Source of the DNA: Tubulanus polymorphus
Lineage: Eukaryota; Animalia; Nemertea
Length of the DNA stretch: 64,000 nt
Direction of reading: 5' to 3'
NCBI RefSeq assembly: GCF_964204645.1
Contig: NC_134036.1
Span: 8,608,030-8,672,029, forward strand
A model generated the notes under the pieces. The model saw nothing but the letters and a program-made list of their open reading frames with translations. It made no database searches and was not told the origin of the DNA. This document shows, piece after piece, positions 1-10,883 of the stretch. Numbering within the stretch: position 1 is the stretch's first letter; every line of letters begins with the position of its first letter. The position numbers were made by a program, and so were the translations under genes.

Positions 1-779
1 GATCTTGTTTCAACTTGCGCACCTAAAATACATATCAAATAAGTTCTAATTGATTGATTTATTCTTTGTATGCCAGCTTTAGTAAAACCTTCACTATTTT
101 CTAAAATGGAATTAACCCAACCATTATTGTTTTGTTGTTGTATATTATTATAATATTTAGGTAATTCATACCAATTTAGTGTTCTTATATCTGAATTTGT
201 CATTATTTCCCAAATTCGTTAGTATATAATATTCCTAATCCACCCATTGTTCCAATTTTTGCTCTAAAATCCTTATTTGAATTAATATTAAATTCATTAC
301 GTATTTTATAAAACTCAGAAAAATTAATATTATTATTCAATTCTTTAAAATATTTTGAACCTGGTAAAGGACATTCTAATTCATCTAATATTAATTTTAT
401 TTGAAAATAAGTATGAAATCTAAAAAGTGATAAAATCAATGGTAAACTCGGTTTATTTAAATGATCATTCCAACTAATTCCACATCCTGTTGTTGCGCAA
501 TAAACAGCAAAATTTAATTGGTTCTGCCAATACTTCATATTAGATTTTAATAACCATTGTTTTGCCTCATTTAAATTTTTGAAATTAATTTCATAAACAT
601 TGAATATATTTTTCCATCTTTACATGAAAATTATTACTTTCAGTAACAGAAATATATAAATCAATTAATGAATTTAGAGCTTCATTTCTATATGAAATAT
701 CTTTATTAAAATCTATTGCAGGAATATTATATTTAATTGATTTATTATATTGGAAAGCTTTTGGAAAACTATCTACCAT
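1..779 (-). pseudogene. Viral protein of unknown function, frameshifted, runs off the window
   Basis: ORFs 591..779 and 203..538 (YWQNQLNFAVYCATTGCGIS...FRFHTYFQIK...CPLPG) plus a further frame near 1-130 (GFTKAGIQRINQSIRTYLICILGAQVETRS). I recall these motifs from invertebrate Polinton-like elements; unverified. Confidence 0.6.
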
Positions 780-795
780 TTATATAATTAAAAAA

Positions 796-1197
796 TTAAT
801 AATTTATTAATTCTTTGAATAATTTATCTTGTTCTTCAACTGTTATATGGCCATTTAAACTTATTATATAATCTAGTGTATTCTTTAATTTATTAATTTC
901 TTTATTACTTTTTATATTTAATTTTGAACTTATACCAGTTAAAACACTTGACGATAATCCTAACACACCAATTGATACAGCTAAAGGTGTAAATGGTGAA
1001 ACTATTGCTAAAAATGTTATTACAGAACTAATTGTAACCGAACCACTTATAATCAAATAATATATAATTTTACTTTTTAAATATTTTTTCTTTTTTATCT
1101 TTAAGTCACTTTCAAATTCTAATATTTGTTTTTCTAAATATATTTTTAATTCAGTTTTATTTATATGATGAGGAATAATATAAATATTATCATCCAT
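796..1197 (-). CDS. Small viral membrane protein with two hydrophobic helices
   Basis: 133 aa; hydrophobic segments IIYYLIISGSVTISSVITFLAIV and PLAVSIGVLGLSSSVLTGI flanked by charged helical regions; TAAATG start. Confidence 0.65.
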   Translation of the reverse strand: MDDNIYIIPHHINKTELKIYLEKQILEFESDLKIKKKKYLKSKIIYYLIISGSVTISSVITFLAIVSPFTPLAVSIGVLGLSSSVLTGISSKLNIKSNKEINKLKNTLDYIISLNGHITVEEQDKLFKELINY

Positions 1198-1216
1198 TTA
1201 TTTAGCAAAAAAATTA

Positions 1217-1639
1217 CTAATTAGTAAACTTATAAGCAACAAATATAACAATAACTGTTCCACCTAAAATCCATATTATTTCATATTTCTGTTGTTCTTT
1301 ACTCGGGGTATAATAATCTGATAATTTTGGTTTGTATAGACGTAATTTTTCTTTATTGGTTACCGCGTTATATAAACTCATTGCATCATCAACTGATTGA
1401 AAATCTCTATGTGAAATCTTCTGATCATATAATTCCTTGTTAATATAATCCATATACTTTTGCCTCTTTTCTCTATATTCTTCTGCAGCTTTATTGTATT
1501 TCTCTAATGCTAAGTTATGCCTTTTTTGTTCTGTTAATGATCCATTTTTATCAATATGCTTAAATAAATAACCACCACCAGTAAATGCTAAAGCGTTAAC
1601 AATTGCTGATACTATAATAGTTATAACTGCAGAAGCCAT
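1217..1639 (-). CDS. Small viral protein with hydrophobic termini and a central coiled coil
   Basis: 140 aa; MASAVITIIVSAIVNALAFTGG...KRHNLALEK...PKLSDYYTPS...IIWILGGTVIVIFV; TAAATG start. Confidence 0.7.
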   Translation of the reverse strand: MASAVITIIVSAIVNALAFTGGGYLFKHIDKNGSLTEQKRHNLALEKYNKAAEEYREKRQKYMDYINKELYDQKISHRDFQSVDDAMSLYNAVTNKEKLRLYKPKLSDYYTPSKEQQKYEIIWILGGTVIVIFVAYKFTN

Positions 1640-1663
1640 TTATTTAGTAAAATAATTACGCAT

Positions 1664-1878
1664 TTATATAGGAGGAATATATTTTTGTTTTTCCAAATAA
1701 TCAATAGTTAAATTAGATAAAGTAACTGCTAATGTTAATTTTCATTGATACCAAATCTATCAACATTAACACTTCCCATTTTAAATACTTTTTTTAATAC
1801 CGTTGAATAACCAACAGTTCCAACTGATAGTAATGCTCCATTATATAATCCAGTTATTATCCACTTATCATCACTCAT
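1664..1878 (-). pseudogene. Small hydrophobic viral protein, frameshifted (not in the ORF track)
   Basis: MSDDKWIITGLYNGALLSVGTVGYSTVLKKVFKMG...frameshift...LTLAVTLSNLTIDYLEKQKYIPPI*; TAAATG start at 1878. Confidence 0.6.
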
Positions 1879-1881
1879 TTA

Positions 1882-2235
1882 TTAATCAAAAAAATTACAA
1901 TCTTCAAAATATTTAGTTAACTTATTTATGATTAATTCAACATTTATTTCATTACTAGTTTCATTTGTATATATTTCAATTATTATTTTTTCAATATCTT
2001 CTATGATAAAATCTTCATCTAATTCATAAAATCTTAAAGATTCTCTAATTAAATTAGTAATCTTTTGTACATTTAAAGTTTCTTTATCTATTGTTGTTTC
2101 ATACTCAAATGTTGTTTTATTAGAAAATGCAATATTTTTAATATGTATAATTACATCAGTAATGTTAAATTTCATTTCTTTCTCATGTTTAAAATCAAAT
2201 CCAAAACATATACTCGGTCCAACAGTTATATTCAT
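1882..2235 (-). CDS. Hypothetical acidic viral protein
   Basis: 117-aa open ORF in the gene array with a TAAATG start; no motif recognised. Confidence 0.55.
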   Translation of the reverse strand: MNITVGPSICFGFDFKHEKEMKFNITDVIIHIKNIAFSNKTTFEYETTIDKETLNVQKITNLIRESLRFYELDEDFIIEDIEKIIIEIYTNETSNEINVELIINKLTKYFEDCNFFD

Positions 2236-2251
2236 TTATATAATGAAAAAT

Positions 2252-3011
2252 TTACTCTTTACATCTTAAAACTAATTCATAAATTACGGGAAAGTTATTT
2301 AAATCAATTAAATAACCATTATGATTTCTTATTTCTAATTTGAAATTATTGAAATGTGGAATACATGGTTTAAAATCACATTCAGCTAAATTATAATTTA
2401 TTTGCGCTCCAAATTGTTTAACATTTTTTCATGGTAAAATATTTAATACACAAGAATTACAAGTTATATCTTTAGTTGCTTCAAATGTTTTTGTAGGATC
2501 AATTAAATTGCAATAAATATAAAAATTTGTAAAAGGCATTAAATTTGATCTACCTTCTGCGTTTACTGTAACAATATCTGGGTTAATTCCTAACAGTTTA
2601 GCTAAAGGTTTTCTTACTGTAAATTTAAATTGTTCTTCATGAGCTAACCTAATCTTTATTTTATTAGAACTATCACTTTTTGAAAATCTAATACTAAATC
2701 CGGAATCACTTCCTAATTTAGCTCGAGCTTTTCTATTAATTTCTTGTGCTAATGTATCTAAATTATATAATCCTGGTTTTAAATATATAAAAAACCATTT
2801 ATTCCTTTTTTTTGTAAAAGATTGAAAAAATTAAATGTTCTAGACTTTTATCCGATATATTGTAAAATGAGTTACATAAACTTATATTTACTACTTTTAA
2901 ATCAACACAATTCTTAAATTCTCTATCTAATTGTATTAGTAAATTATGTGATTTATAATTTGAAAGTTTTCTAGAATCAACAAATATTCTGTATTCTTTT
3001 AATTCTACCAT
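2252..3011 (-). pseudogene. Minor capsid (penton) protein, Polinton/PLV/virophage type, disrupted
   Basis: IFVDSR...NISLCNSFYNI, then after a frameshift KPGLYN...LAKLLG...FYIYCNLI...LEIRNHNGYLIDLNNFPVIYELVL: the usual mCP motif order. One frameshift and one internal stop. Confidence 0.75.
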
Positions 3012-3081
3012 TTATTTATAACATAAAAAAAATTACCGCTCATCACTAAAAATTAATTTTAATAAATTTTTTCCTTAATAA

Positions 3082-4414
3082 ATGGATGAGAAGATAGCAT
3101 GCGAAATTTGTGGTGAACTTCTAAGAAAAAGTAATATGGCTCGACATATGAAAAAACATGATGAAAATTATAAACCCCCTAAACTAAACTGCCCAAAATG
3201 TTATAAATTATTTTCAAGAAATTATGATAAAAAAACATTCAGAGAAGTGTAAAATTAATGGCGTAACGGCTAATGTTGATAGTAACGAAAGTAATAGTAA
3301 TTCTGTTGAAGTTGAACCTGAAATTATTTGGAAAAGACCTTTCTTATTCTATGACAAGGATAATATAAAAGATCATTTCTGCGAGCCTTGTCGAATGAAA
3401 TTTAGGCCTGAAAATATAGAAGATTGGGAGAATCATCAATTTCATAAAGTACATATAGATAAAATTTCTAATAAATTTGAAACTGAATACAATAAAAGAA
3501 AAAATATTTTATTAGAAAAAATAAAATATGAGAAAACGTTACCAGATAATAAAGAAACAGTTGAAAAGTTAGAAAAACAATAGAATGAATTAACAAGAAA
3601 AACATATTATTGTAAATATTGTAAATTGATTATTACAACAAGTAATTTAGATCTACATAATAGAACAATAAAACATAAAGAAAACGTTAGAAAATACCAA
3701 GAGCTTAATGAAGATCTATTATCAAGCTATGATAGAAAAAATGCCCACAATGTATTTATGAGTACTTAAGACAAAAAGGTCCTGTGATATTTTGTAATGA
3801 ATGTGGATGGCAAAAAGAATTTATGGGGTGATGAAAAAACTAGAAATATTCTTATAGAACCAAAATTAAATTATCTAGATGAAATATTTAAGATATTTTC
3901 TATGGAAGATCATACACCAGAATATATGCAATGGCTTGAAAAAATGAAAATAATAGAAAATAAAAATGGTGAAATAACTAAAAAAGATATTATAAAAACA
4001 ATAATTCCATTAACATTTAACACAAAAGAAAAGAAAATGTATTTATATTTATTATTTAACGATTATTATTATTATGAAAAACCTAAATTAACAGAAGAAG
4101 ATATGGAAAATATAAAAAAAACATTCAAAAAAATATTAATGTATCATTTGGAAAATAGAATAACAGATTCAATTAATTATGAATTCTTTTTAAATAAGAT
4201 TGTGAATTATTTAAACATCGATATTATAATTCCATTTGATGAATTAACAAACAAAAAGAAAACAAAGAGAGCGAGATGAAATGTGGCACAATATAACACG
4301 TTATTTAAATGAGAAAAATGAAATGGAAGAACCTAAACAAATTATACAAAAACAATTGAATGAAAGAGAAGAAACCAGTAGCGATTTCGAGTTTGATGAT
4401 ATTGATCCATTTTA
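3082..4414 (+). pseudogene. Multi-zinc-finger viral protein, disrupted
   Basis: ATG at 3082: CEICGELLRKSNMARHMKKH, CPKC...H...C, CEPC...HQFHKVH, CKYC...HNRTIKH. Pieces 3224..3583 and 3797..4279 are separated by stops and frameshifts; 3' end approximate. Confidence 0.6.
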
Positions 4415-4867
4415 ATAACCATAAGGTAATTTTTTTATACCATCATCTAAAATATGCCTTTTATCATCAAATGGATTCAAACTAGTTTTTTCAACTTCAT
4501 TAATGTACATCTCGTGATCTTCTGATCTTAAACAATTCATTTTGTGTTTCATTACAATTGAGTTATATAAACACTTTATATAATCTTGAAATTCGATATG
4601 TTTATCAACCACATGTTTTGTTATTCCTTTTAACTTTTTAGCTTCATGATCTTTTAATCTATAACTATACATTTTACTTCTTATCCCAACAAATTCAATC
4701 ATTTCATCACCCCCTAATTCATCTTTAAATTTACCAGGAATCTTTTTATTATCATTGCTAAATAGTTCATGATCTTTGGGATAATTGCTAAAATCAAAAT
4801 GATGTTTTAATGTTTTTATGTCTTTTGTTATGTCATTTGTCTTGATTTTTAGTATGTACGCATCAGT

Positions 4868-5921
4868 ATTGAACGCAATTAATGGAAATCCACAGTTAAA
4901 TGTACGATCTTCAGTTGATAAATCATAACATAATCTGTTGGGTTATATATTTCAAATAAATCTTTAACTTCTTCTGTTACCTCATTTTCTACATGGCTCA
5001 AATTAAAGCAATTTGGTTTAGATTTAATCAATCCAATATTTATATTAAAACCTAATGAATTGCATAATATATTCAATCCTGATATAGCAACTTTTCCTTT
5101 TTGAACTAAAGATATCGTTTTGCGGTTTTTGAAACTTCTTGAACCATCTGCAGCATAGAACGCAATGAAGAACCACTTTCTTAAATTATTTTTTGCATTT
5201 AATACATAATCTGGAACTATCTTTTCTTTTGTTGAAGTATTACTTTTCACTATTGCATGAATATAGAATTCATCATTATATTTTATAGCAAAATCTTTAG
5301 GATTATTTACAAGTATTCTATAAACTGCTGATGATTTCATAACATCCATGATTCTAAATGTTTTATGTGAATAAACTTCTTCACAGAATTTCTTAATTCT
5401 TTCTAATAATTTTAAGTCTTGATTGCATAAATACCAAAAATATTTATTACCCCAAACATAATTATACACACCTGCTGAACCATTACCCATGAAAAATCCT
5501 TTGATAAAATATTCTTTTTCTTCTAATGTTTCGGGTTCTATATTATAAATATTATCAATAATTTCATCGAATGACATATGATTCATTCTTTGGAAAAATC
5601 TTATATGTAATAATTCATCTCCAATTTTTATATCAGTTGGTTTTCTTTCATCACCATTTCGTTTAATTAAACTATGATCTTCTGTAACATCTACAAACCC
5701 TAATTTAGTTCTAACTCTATAGATTTTCTTATTTGTTTTATGTCTAATAATATTCTTTAATTTTTTCCATCCATTTCTTGTCCAAACATCCATTAAACCA
5801 TTTATTTGTATTAATTCTTTTTCACCGTATGAAATATAACATTCATTTTGTTTTGGAATTATTTCTGAAATTCTTCTTATCAATATTTTATCATTACATT
5901 TTAATAATATTGGGGTGTCCC
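4868..5921 (-). mobile_element. Intein with LAGLIDADG homing endonuclease in pPolB motif C (N-terminal junction deleted)
   Basis: DTPILL (block A remnant), VDVTEDHSL (block B TxxH), FIKGFFMGNGS and FFIAFYAADGS (LAGLIDADG pair). After a 1-nt frameshift near 4928 it reads YVYDLSTEDRTFNCGFPLIAFN, then extein T-D-A-Y-I-L and polymerase FDFSNYP...PGKFKDE. Confidence 0.92.
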
Positions 5922-6511
5922 AAAAAGTGGTTGTAAAACATTATAATAAAAATCATACATTAATAATTTTGATACGTCTAAAACAGTTGAACCAATGAAT
6001 ATAGGTTTATTAAATTTCATTGACGTTCTTTTTAATTTAACTGCTGTTAAATAATCTTCAAATCTTTTATTTCCTAAATGTCTAAGACTTGATTGTAAAT
6101 GTCTTAATCTTTCAGAATTATTTACTAATTCAATATCATTTCTATTTCTAATATTTTCACATGTTTTACCATAAAAACTATTATTCATTAATTTGAAGAA
6201 ATATTTTTCAAAATCTGTTTTTGATATGGTTCTCTGTTGAGTATTAAAATCTATATATTTTTCTAACCACTTCGATTGATTAAATTCAATATATCTATGT
6301 ACTTTCTTTAATTTCATTCCTTGTTTAAGATAAAATTTTAACATTCTATAATGAACAATATAATTGTATTTATTATTTTGAGTAAGTATTAATTTTTCTG
6401 TAAAAACATGATCTTTCGGTTCTATTTTCTTCTGGTATTCACTTAAATAACTATCATCTACGACTTAATGTTCTCGGCAATAAGGTAAGTTTCTTGTTTT
6501 AAACTTTATAT

Positions 6512-7325
6512 CTTATGGAATACCTCAAGGGCCATACGACTTACGAGTTACGTTTTACGACTTACGAGTTACGTTTTACGAGTTATAATTTACGTTTTAC
6601 GAGTTACTTATACACTTCCATCAATACGTTACGACTTCCGATTTACGACTTACGTTTTACGACTTACGTTTTACGAATTGCACGTTTTTCACTAATTGGC
6701 TTCGGATATCCGAAGCGCGTAATTCAAAGAACGGGTTTCAAAATGAAGTCGAATTGTCATTTCAAACAGCATAATAAGAGTAATTTATTGTACATAGTGA
6801 ATCAATCTCGACTGCAGTGGTCTATTACAGGGCAGAAAACCTGCGCGTTGGCCATCTGCTGTGCGAACCTTCTCAAAATCTATTAAATGCTGACAATACA
6901 TTTCACACTGACTGATGACTGCCCCGTTACGTGCACGATGATTTTAATAGACGATATTTCAATAGATCTTAGCTGGAAATAATTTTAATAATTAGAACAA
7001 GATTCATCAATTTAGAAAAAATGTATTTATTTTTTGAAAACACTGGGCTGCATACGGCCATCCATCATCGTTACAGTTATTCGTCTAATAATTACACCCA
7101 CACAGTGAAATGCCTACCACGTGGCCACTGTCCTTGAACTCTTGCGAACCGAAACTCCAACACTCGTAAATCGTAACTCGTAATTCGTAAAATGTATTTA
7201 AGTTGTAATTCGTAACTCATAAAACGGAAGTCGTAACGAATATTCAAGGAAATGTATAAGTAACTCGTAAAACGTAACTCGTAAGTCGTAAAACGTAACT
7301 CGTATGGCCCTTGAGGTATTCCATA
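6512..7325. mobile_element. Non-autonomous TIR transposon (MITE) inserted in pPolB
   Basis: TIR TATGGAATACCTCAAGGGCCATACG / CGTATGGCCCTTGAGGTATTCCATA; subterminal TTACG repeats; ATAT on both sides (6508-6511, 7326-7329). Removal restores YPENIKFKTRNLPYC. Confidence 0.9.
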
Positions 7326-10300
7326 ATATTTTCAGGATATTCTAAATCAACTACAAAGAAATAACCAATTGGTGCTTCATCTTTTAAACTCGCAATTGCG
7401 CTTTCCCAATCAGTTTTATCACCATTTTCAACTTCTGTTAATATAAAATTTTTTTATGGTTGAGGTTGCATCATTGCCCAACCATATAAATTATTGGCGT
7501 CAATATATAATAATTCATATTCATCATTTGCTTTAAAATATCTATCTCCCATAACACCACTAATTCCACCTCTAATTGATTTTTCAAATAATAAAACCAT
7601 GTCTGGTTCTTTTAATAAATCTAATTCTACATTTGTATATTTTAAACCACATTGCCAGGTTAAACGAGGACTAGAGTAGCAATAACAAGGATCAACATTA
7701 AAATGATTCAAATTAACTTCTCTAAATTTTTCAAATATGTCAGCCAATATCATAACATCTGATTTTAAATATAAATCAACTAATTCACCATAATTTTTCA
7801 TCTTAAAATGGTTCCAAATATTTAATGTTCTATTAAACACTTCATCTTTCACATACTCCTCTTTTGATTGATCATAAAATTGATCTTTTAATAATTATGT
7901 TACATTAAAATCATTGTCTGTTTTATAAAATGGATAAGGAATTGCACCTTTATATCTCAATAATTTAAAATCTTGTTCATTTGGATAAAAATATTGAGTT
8001 ATCATAAAGTCATTATCAACTAAACTTTTTGATAAATTATCTAATGAACTTGCTAGAAATCTATAAGAATCTAAAAATCTAATGCAACCAAATTGAAATG
8101 AAATATAATTTTCAGATGTTTTAGCTAATATTTTAACATATTTTCTTACATTTACACCATTCATAGCATTATATTCTTCTATTTCTTGATTAATTGCGCC
8201 CAATTTTCCCGATAATTGTTTTATAAATAGATAGGTATCATAGCCTGATAAGTTATTAAATAATATAGGAACGAAATTTACTTTTTTAGCTTGTAAATTA
8301 CAATATTACAATATTTTGAATTTAAATGATCATGATCTCTAACTTTTTTATCAAATGTATAAAAACGTTTTTCACAATAACAACAATGAGTTGCATAATT
8401 AAAATCAATTTCATCCTCTTTTGTCATAACTATTCTTTTATTTTTGTATAATAATTCTGCAAAATCACTTTCTAATTCAATTATTTTGTTACAAAAATCA
8501 TAAACTAAATTTTCACCTCTAAAAGAAATATATTGACTTTCATATAATTCAGGGTAATTTGATTTCATGTAAATTCCCTAAGCAGCAGCTCTTTGATGAA
8601 CTTTTTTAACTGTATTACTGTATTTATAATTGGTGGGTCTTGAATTATATCTTCATTTACTTCATTTCCTTTATCCATTGATTTTAATAATTGCTTTTTG
8701 TTATATATTTCTTTTCTATCTTGATCAGTTAATTCTTTATTCAACGATTCAAAATCCCCATAAATTACAAATGGAACAATATTTTTAAATTTATGATTAG
8801 TAAATTTCAATTTATAATCTTTTTCTGTTGGCATTATTAATTTACAAAAAACTTTATTATCACATAATTCTTTATGTTTTAGTAACGCATTCTCAGTTCT
8901 AAATTGAGATAAACATTTTCTACATAGATAAATTTTATTATGGTGATCACTTTCTGTTCTAAAGAATAAATCAATTTGTTTTAACCACATATAATGTTCA
9001 TTTTCATCTTTTTTGTAATATAACAAATCTATAGCATTTTCATCATCATTATATTCTGTTAAATATAAAGCTTCCAATGTATAATCTTTAATATTTTCAC
9101 CTTTTGTCTTTGGTAATTGCATTAATTCGAATACATTTATTTTTAAATTATTAATTTTTTCTATTTTGGGTATCATTTTTATAGTTACTGGATATTGATC
9201 AATTTTATATAATGTTTCATATTTCCGGTAATTTGTTATTCTAAAACTATGTGTAATCTTCTGTTGGGTGTAAGCAACTAATAATTGACCATAGAAAACA
9301 TTTATTATCTTCATTTTGAATATTTATTACTGCTTTTGTTGTAAATGGTAATTTAATATAAGATGATGCTTTAATATCCTTTTCTGTTGTAAAGTTTGAA
9401 TCTTTTTTAAACATTGTTTTACTTTTTGATGTTTTATTCCTTTTTGTATTATAAACATTTAAATCTAAAAATATAATTTCATTCAATGATAAACCAGAAC
9501 CCTCAAAATATCTTTCTTCAATATGACGTTTAAATTCATTAAATAGTTTTTCTAACTTCTTTTATTTGCGTTTTTGAAATTATTTCTTCAGAGAGTGTTT
9601 GAATATTATAATCCATTTTCTCTTCTGACTTTAAAAAACTTACTTTCCCAGAGATACTAATTTTTGGATATTCAACATCTGTTATCAAATCTAGTATTTT
9701 TTCTATTATTTCATTAAATTTACTCTAATCTTCTATTGTTGTACCTTTAAAAATCTAAATATAATAGCTGCAGGACCAATTTTACTACGTAATGTTTCTA
9801 ATATTTCAATTGTATCTTTTATTTCTAGTGAATCAATATAATTTCTAACATTTTCCATGTAAGGTTTATTTGAAATGGATTTAGTTTTTGAAGTTGGTTT
9901 TTTTACGTTTTGAGGTTTATCGTCGAAATAAACTTTTCCTAAAACATTATTACTCAAATTTTGATGGTGTTTTTGTGATTCGAGATGTCTATTATAATTC
10001 CTTTTTACTATAAATTCATTACAAACTTCACATTTTATTTCATCCACATTCATATTTTCTAATCGTTCTTTTCTTTCATTGGAATTTTCTGGAGTTTCAA
10101 AATCTATTACATTTTTCATATGATTTGCAGATTTTTCATGTCGTGATTTTTGGGATTTTTTACAATATTGGCAATAATATTGATTTTTAATGACATTATT
10201 GTTTTCTGTATGTTGTTCATTCTCTGAATCAATTCTGAAATAATTTCTATTAAAACGTTTTGCGACTTTAATCCGAGTTGTTATGTCGTAATTATTTCCC

Positions 10301-10883
10301 AATTTGTTTTTTAAATCTCATGTCCCCGGAAAGCTTCAGTAATATATGGTTGATGTGGTAAAAATTACCGTATTCAGACAAATTTCTTTTGTACGGTAAC
10401 ACGATCTGAGTGACATACATTTTTTTACTGGAAACCGGTATAGAGTTGCGTTTTAGCGCCAAATAAAAACTCTTTGCCGATTCATGGACCTATTCTATTA
10501 GACTAATAAAAAGGATTCTTGTTCGGTATAGATAATAAATACCTGAGACATTAGAATGATAATCAAAACTTTTTTAACGGGAACATTTTTAACGCTCGCA
10601 TACAATAACATTTTCGTCATGACCGAATTGATAACTTAACCATGAACGTGTATCCCCTTGTAACCAGCTTAATGCTGGGCTCCAAAAATGCTTTTCGTAC
10701 ACCCCCTGGAACGATGCCATCCGTTCACTGGCCGTTTCTATGCGGAGATGGCTGTTCATCGAAATATTTGCTCTGAATGAAATTCTTTTTAACGTAACTC
10801 CAGACATACCATAGTCTGACCGGTGAACAGAACTCCCTGACCTGGCACGTAGAGCTTACTCTAGTTCATACTTTCAGGCATCT

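Larger units (their letters stand above)
777..3084. promoter_or_regulatory. Shared T-tract + TAAATG start motif on seven viral genes
   Basis: CATTTA (minus-strand TAAATG) at 777, 1195, 1637, 1876, 2233 and 3009; TAAATG on plus at 3079. Each is preceded by TAA and a T-rich tract. Confidence 0.7.
1..10230. mobile_element. Endogenous Polinton/Maverick-like virus, decayed; runs off the left edge and is truncated on the right
   Basis: Very AT-rich, intronless, densely packed ORFs including pPolB and a penton-like protein; many frameshifts and stops; composition changes abruptly at 10231. MCP, ATPase, protease and integrase are not in this window. Confidence 0.88.
4412..10230 (-). pseudogene. polB: Protein-primed family B DNA polymerase (pPolB), fragmented, with intein and MITE insertions
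   Basis: Motifs in order: N-terminal C2H2 fingers; SSYIKLP..INIQNEDNKCFLWSI (vOTU Cys) and HYMWL; CRKC..H..C; ExoI VIYGDFES; EndoVII-like CCYC..VRDHDH; ExoII NNLSGYD; FLDSYRF; ExoIII YLKSDV; SIRGG; motif A YIDANNLYGWAM; motif B KLMNNSFYGK; motif C remnant TDA; RSKMYS, KLKGI, FDDKR. Confidence 0.93.

Noticed and set aside
4879-5883. Free-standing homing endonuclease or Hedgehog-type Hint gene
   Set aside because: It sits exactly within polymerase motif C and ends Asn|Thr, which defines an intein.
6515-6886. 123-aa ORF with TTYELRF repeats
   Set aside because: Translation of MITE subterminal repeats.
10231-10302. Listed start of ORF 9733..10302 as the true polB start
   Set aside because: These codons come from the duplicated non-viral segment (same sequence at 11791-11862) and the start is not ATG.
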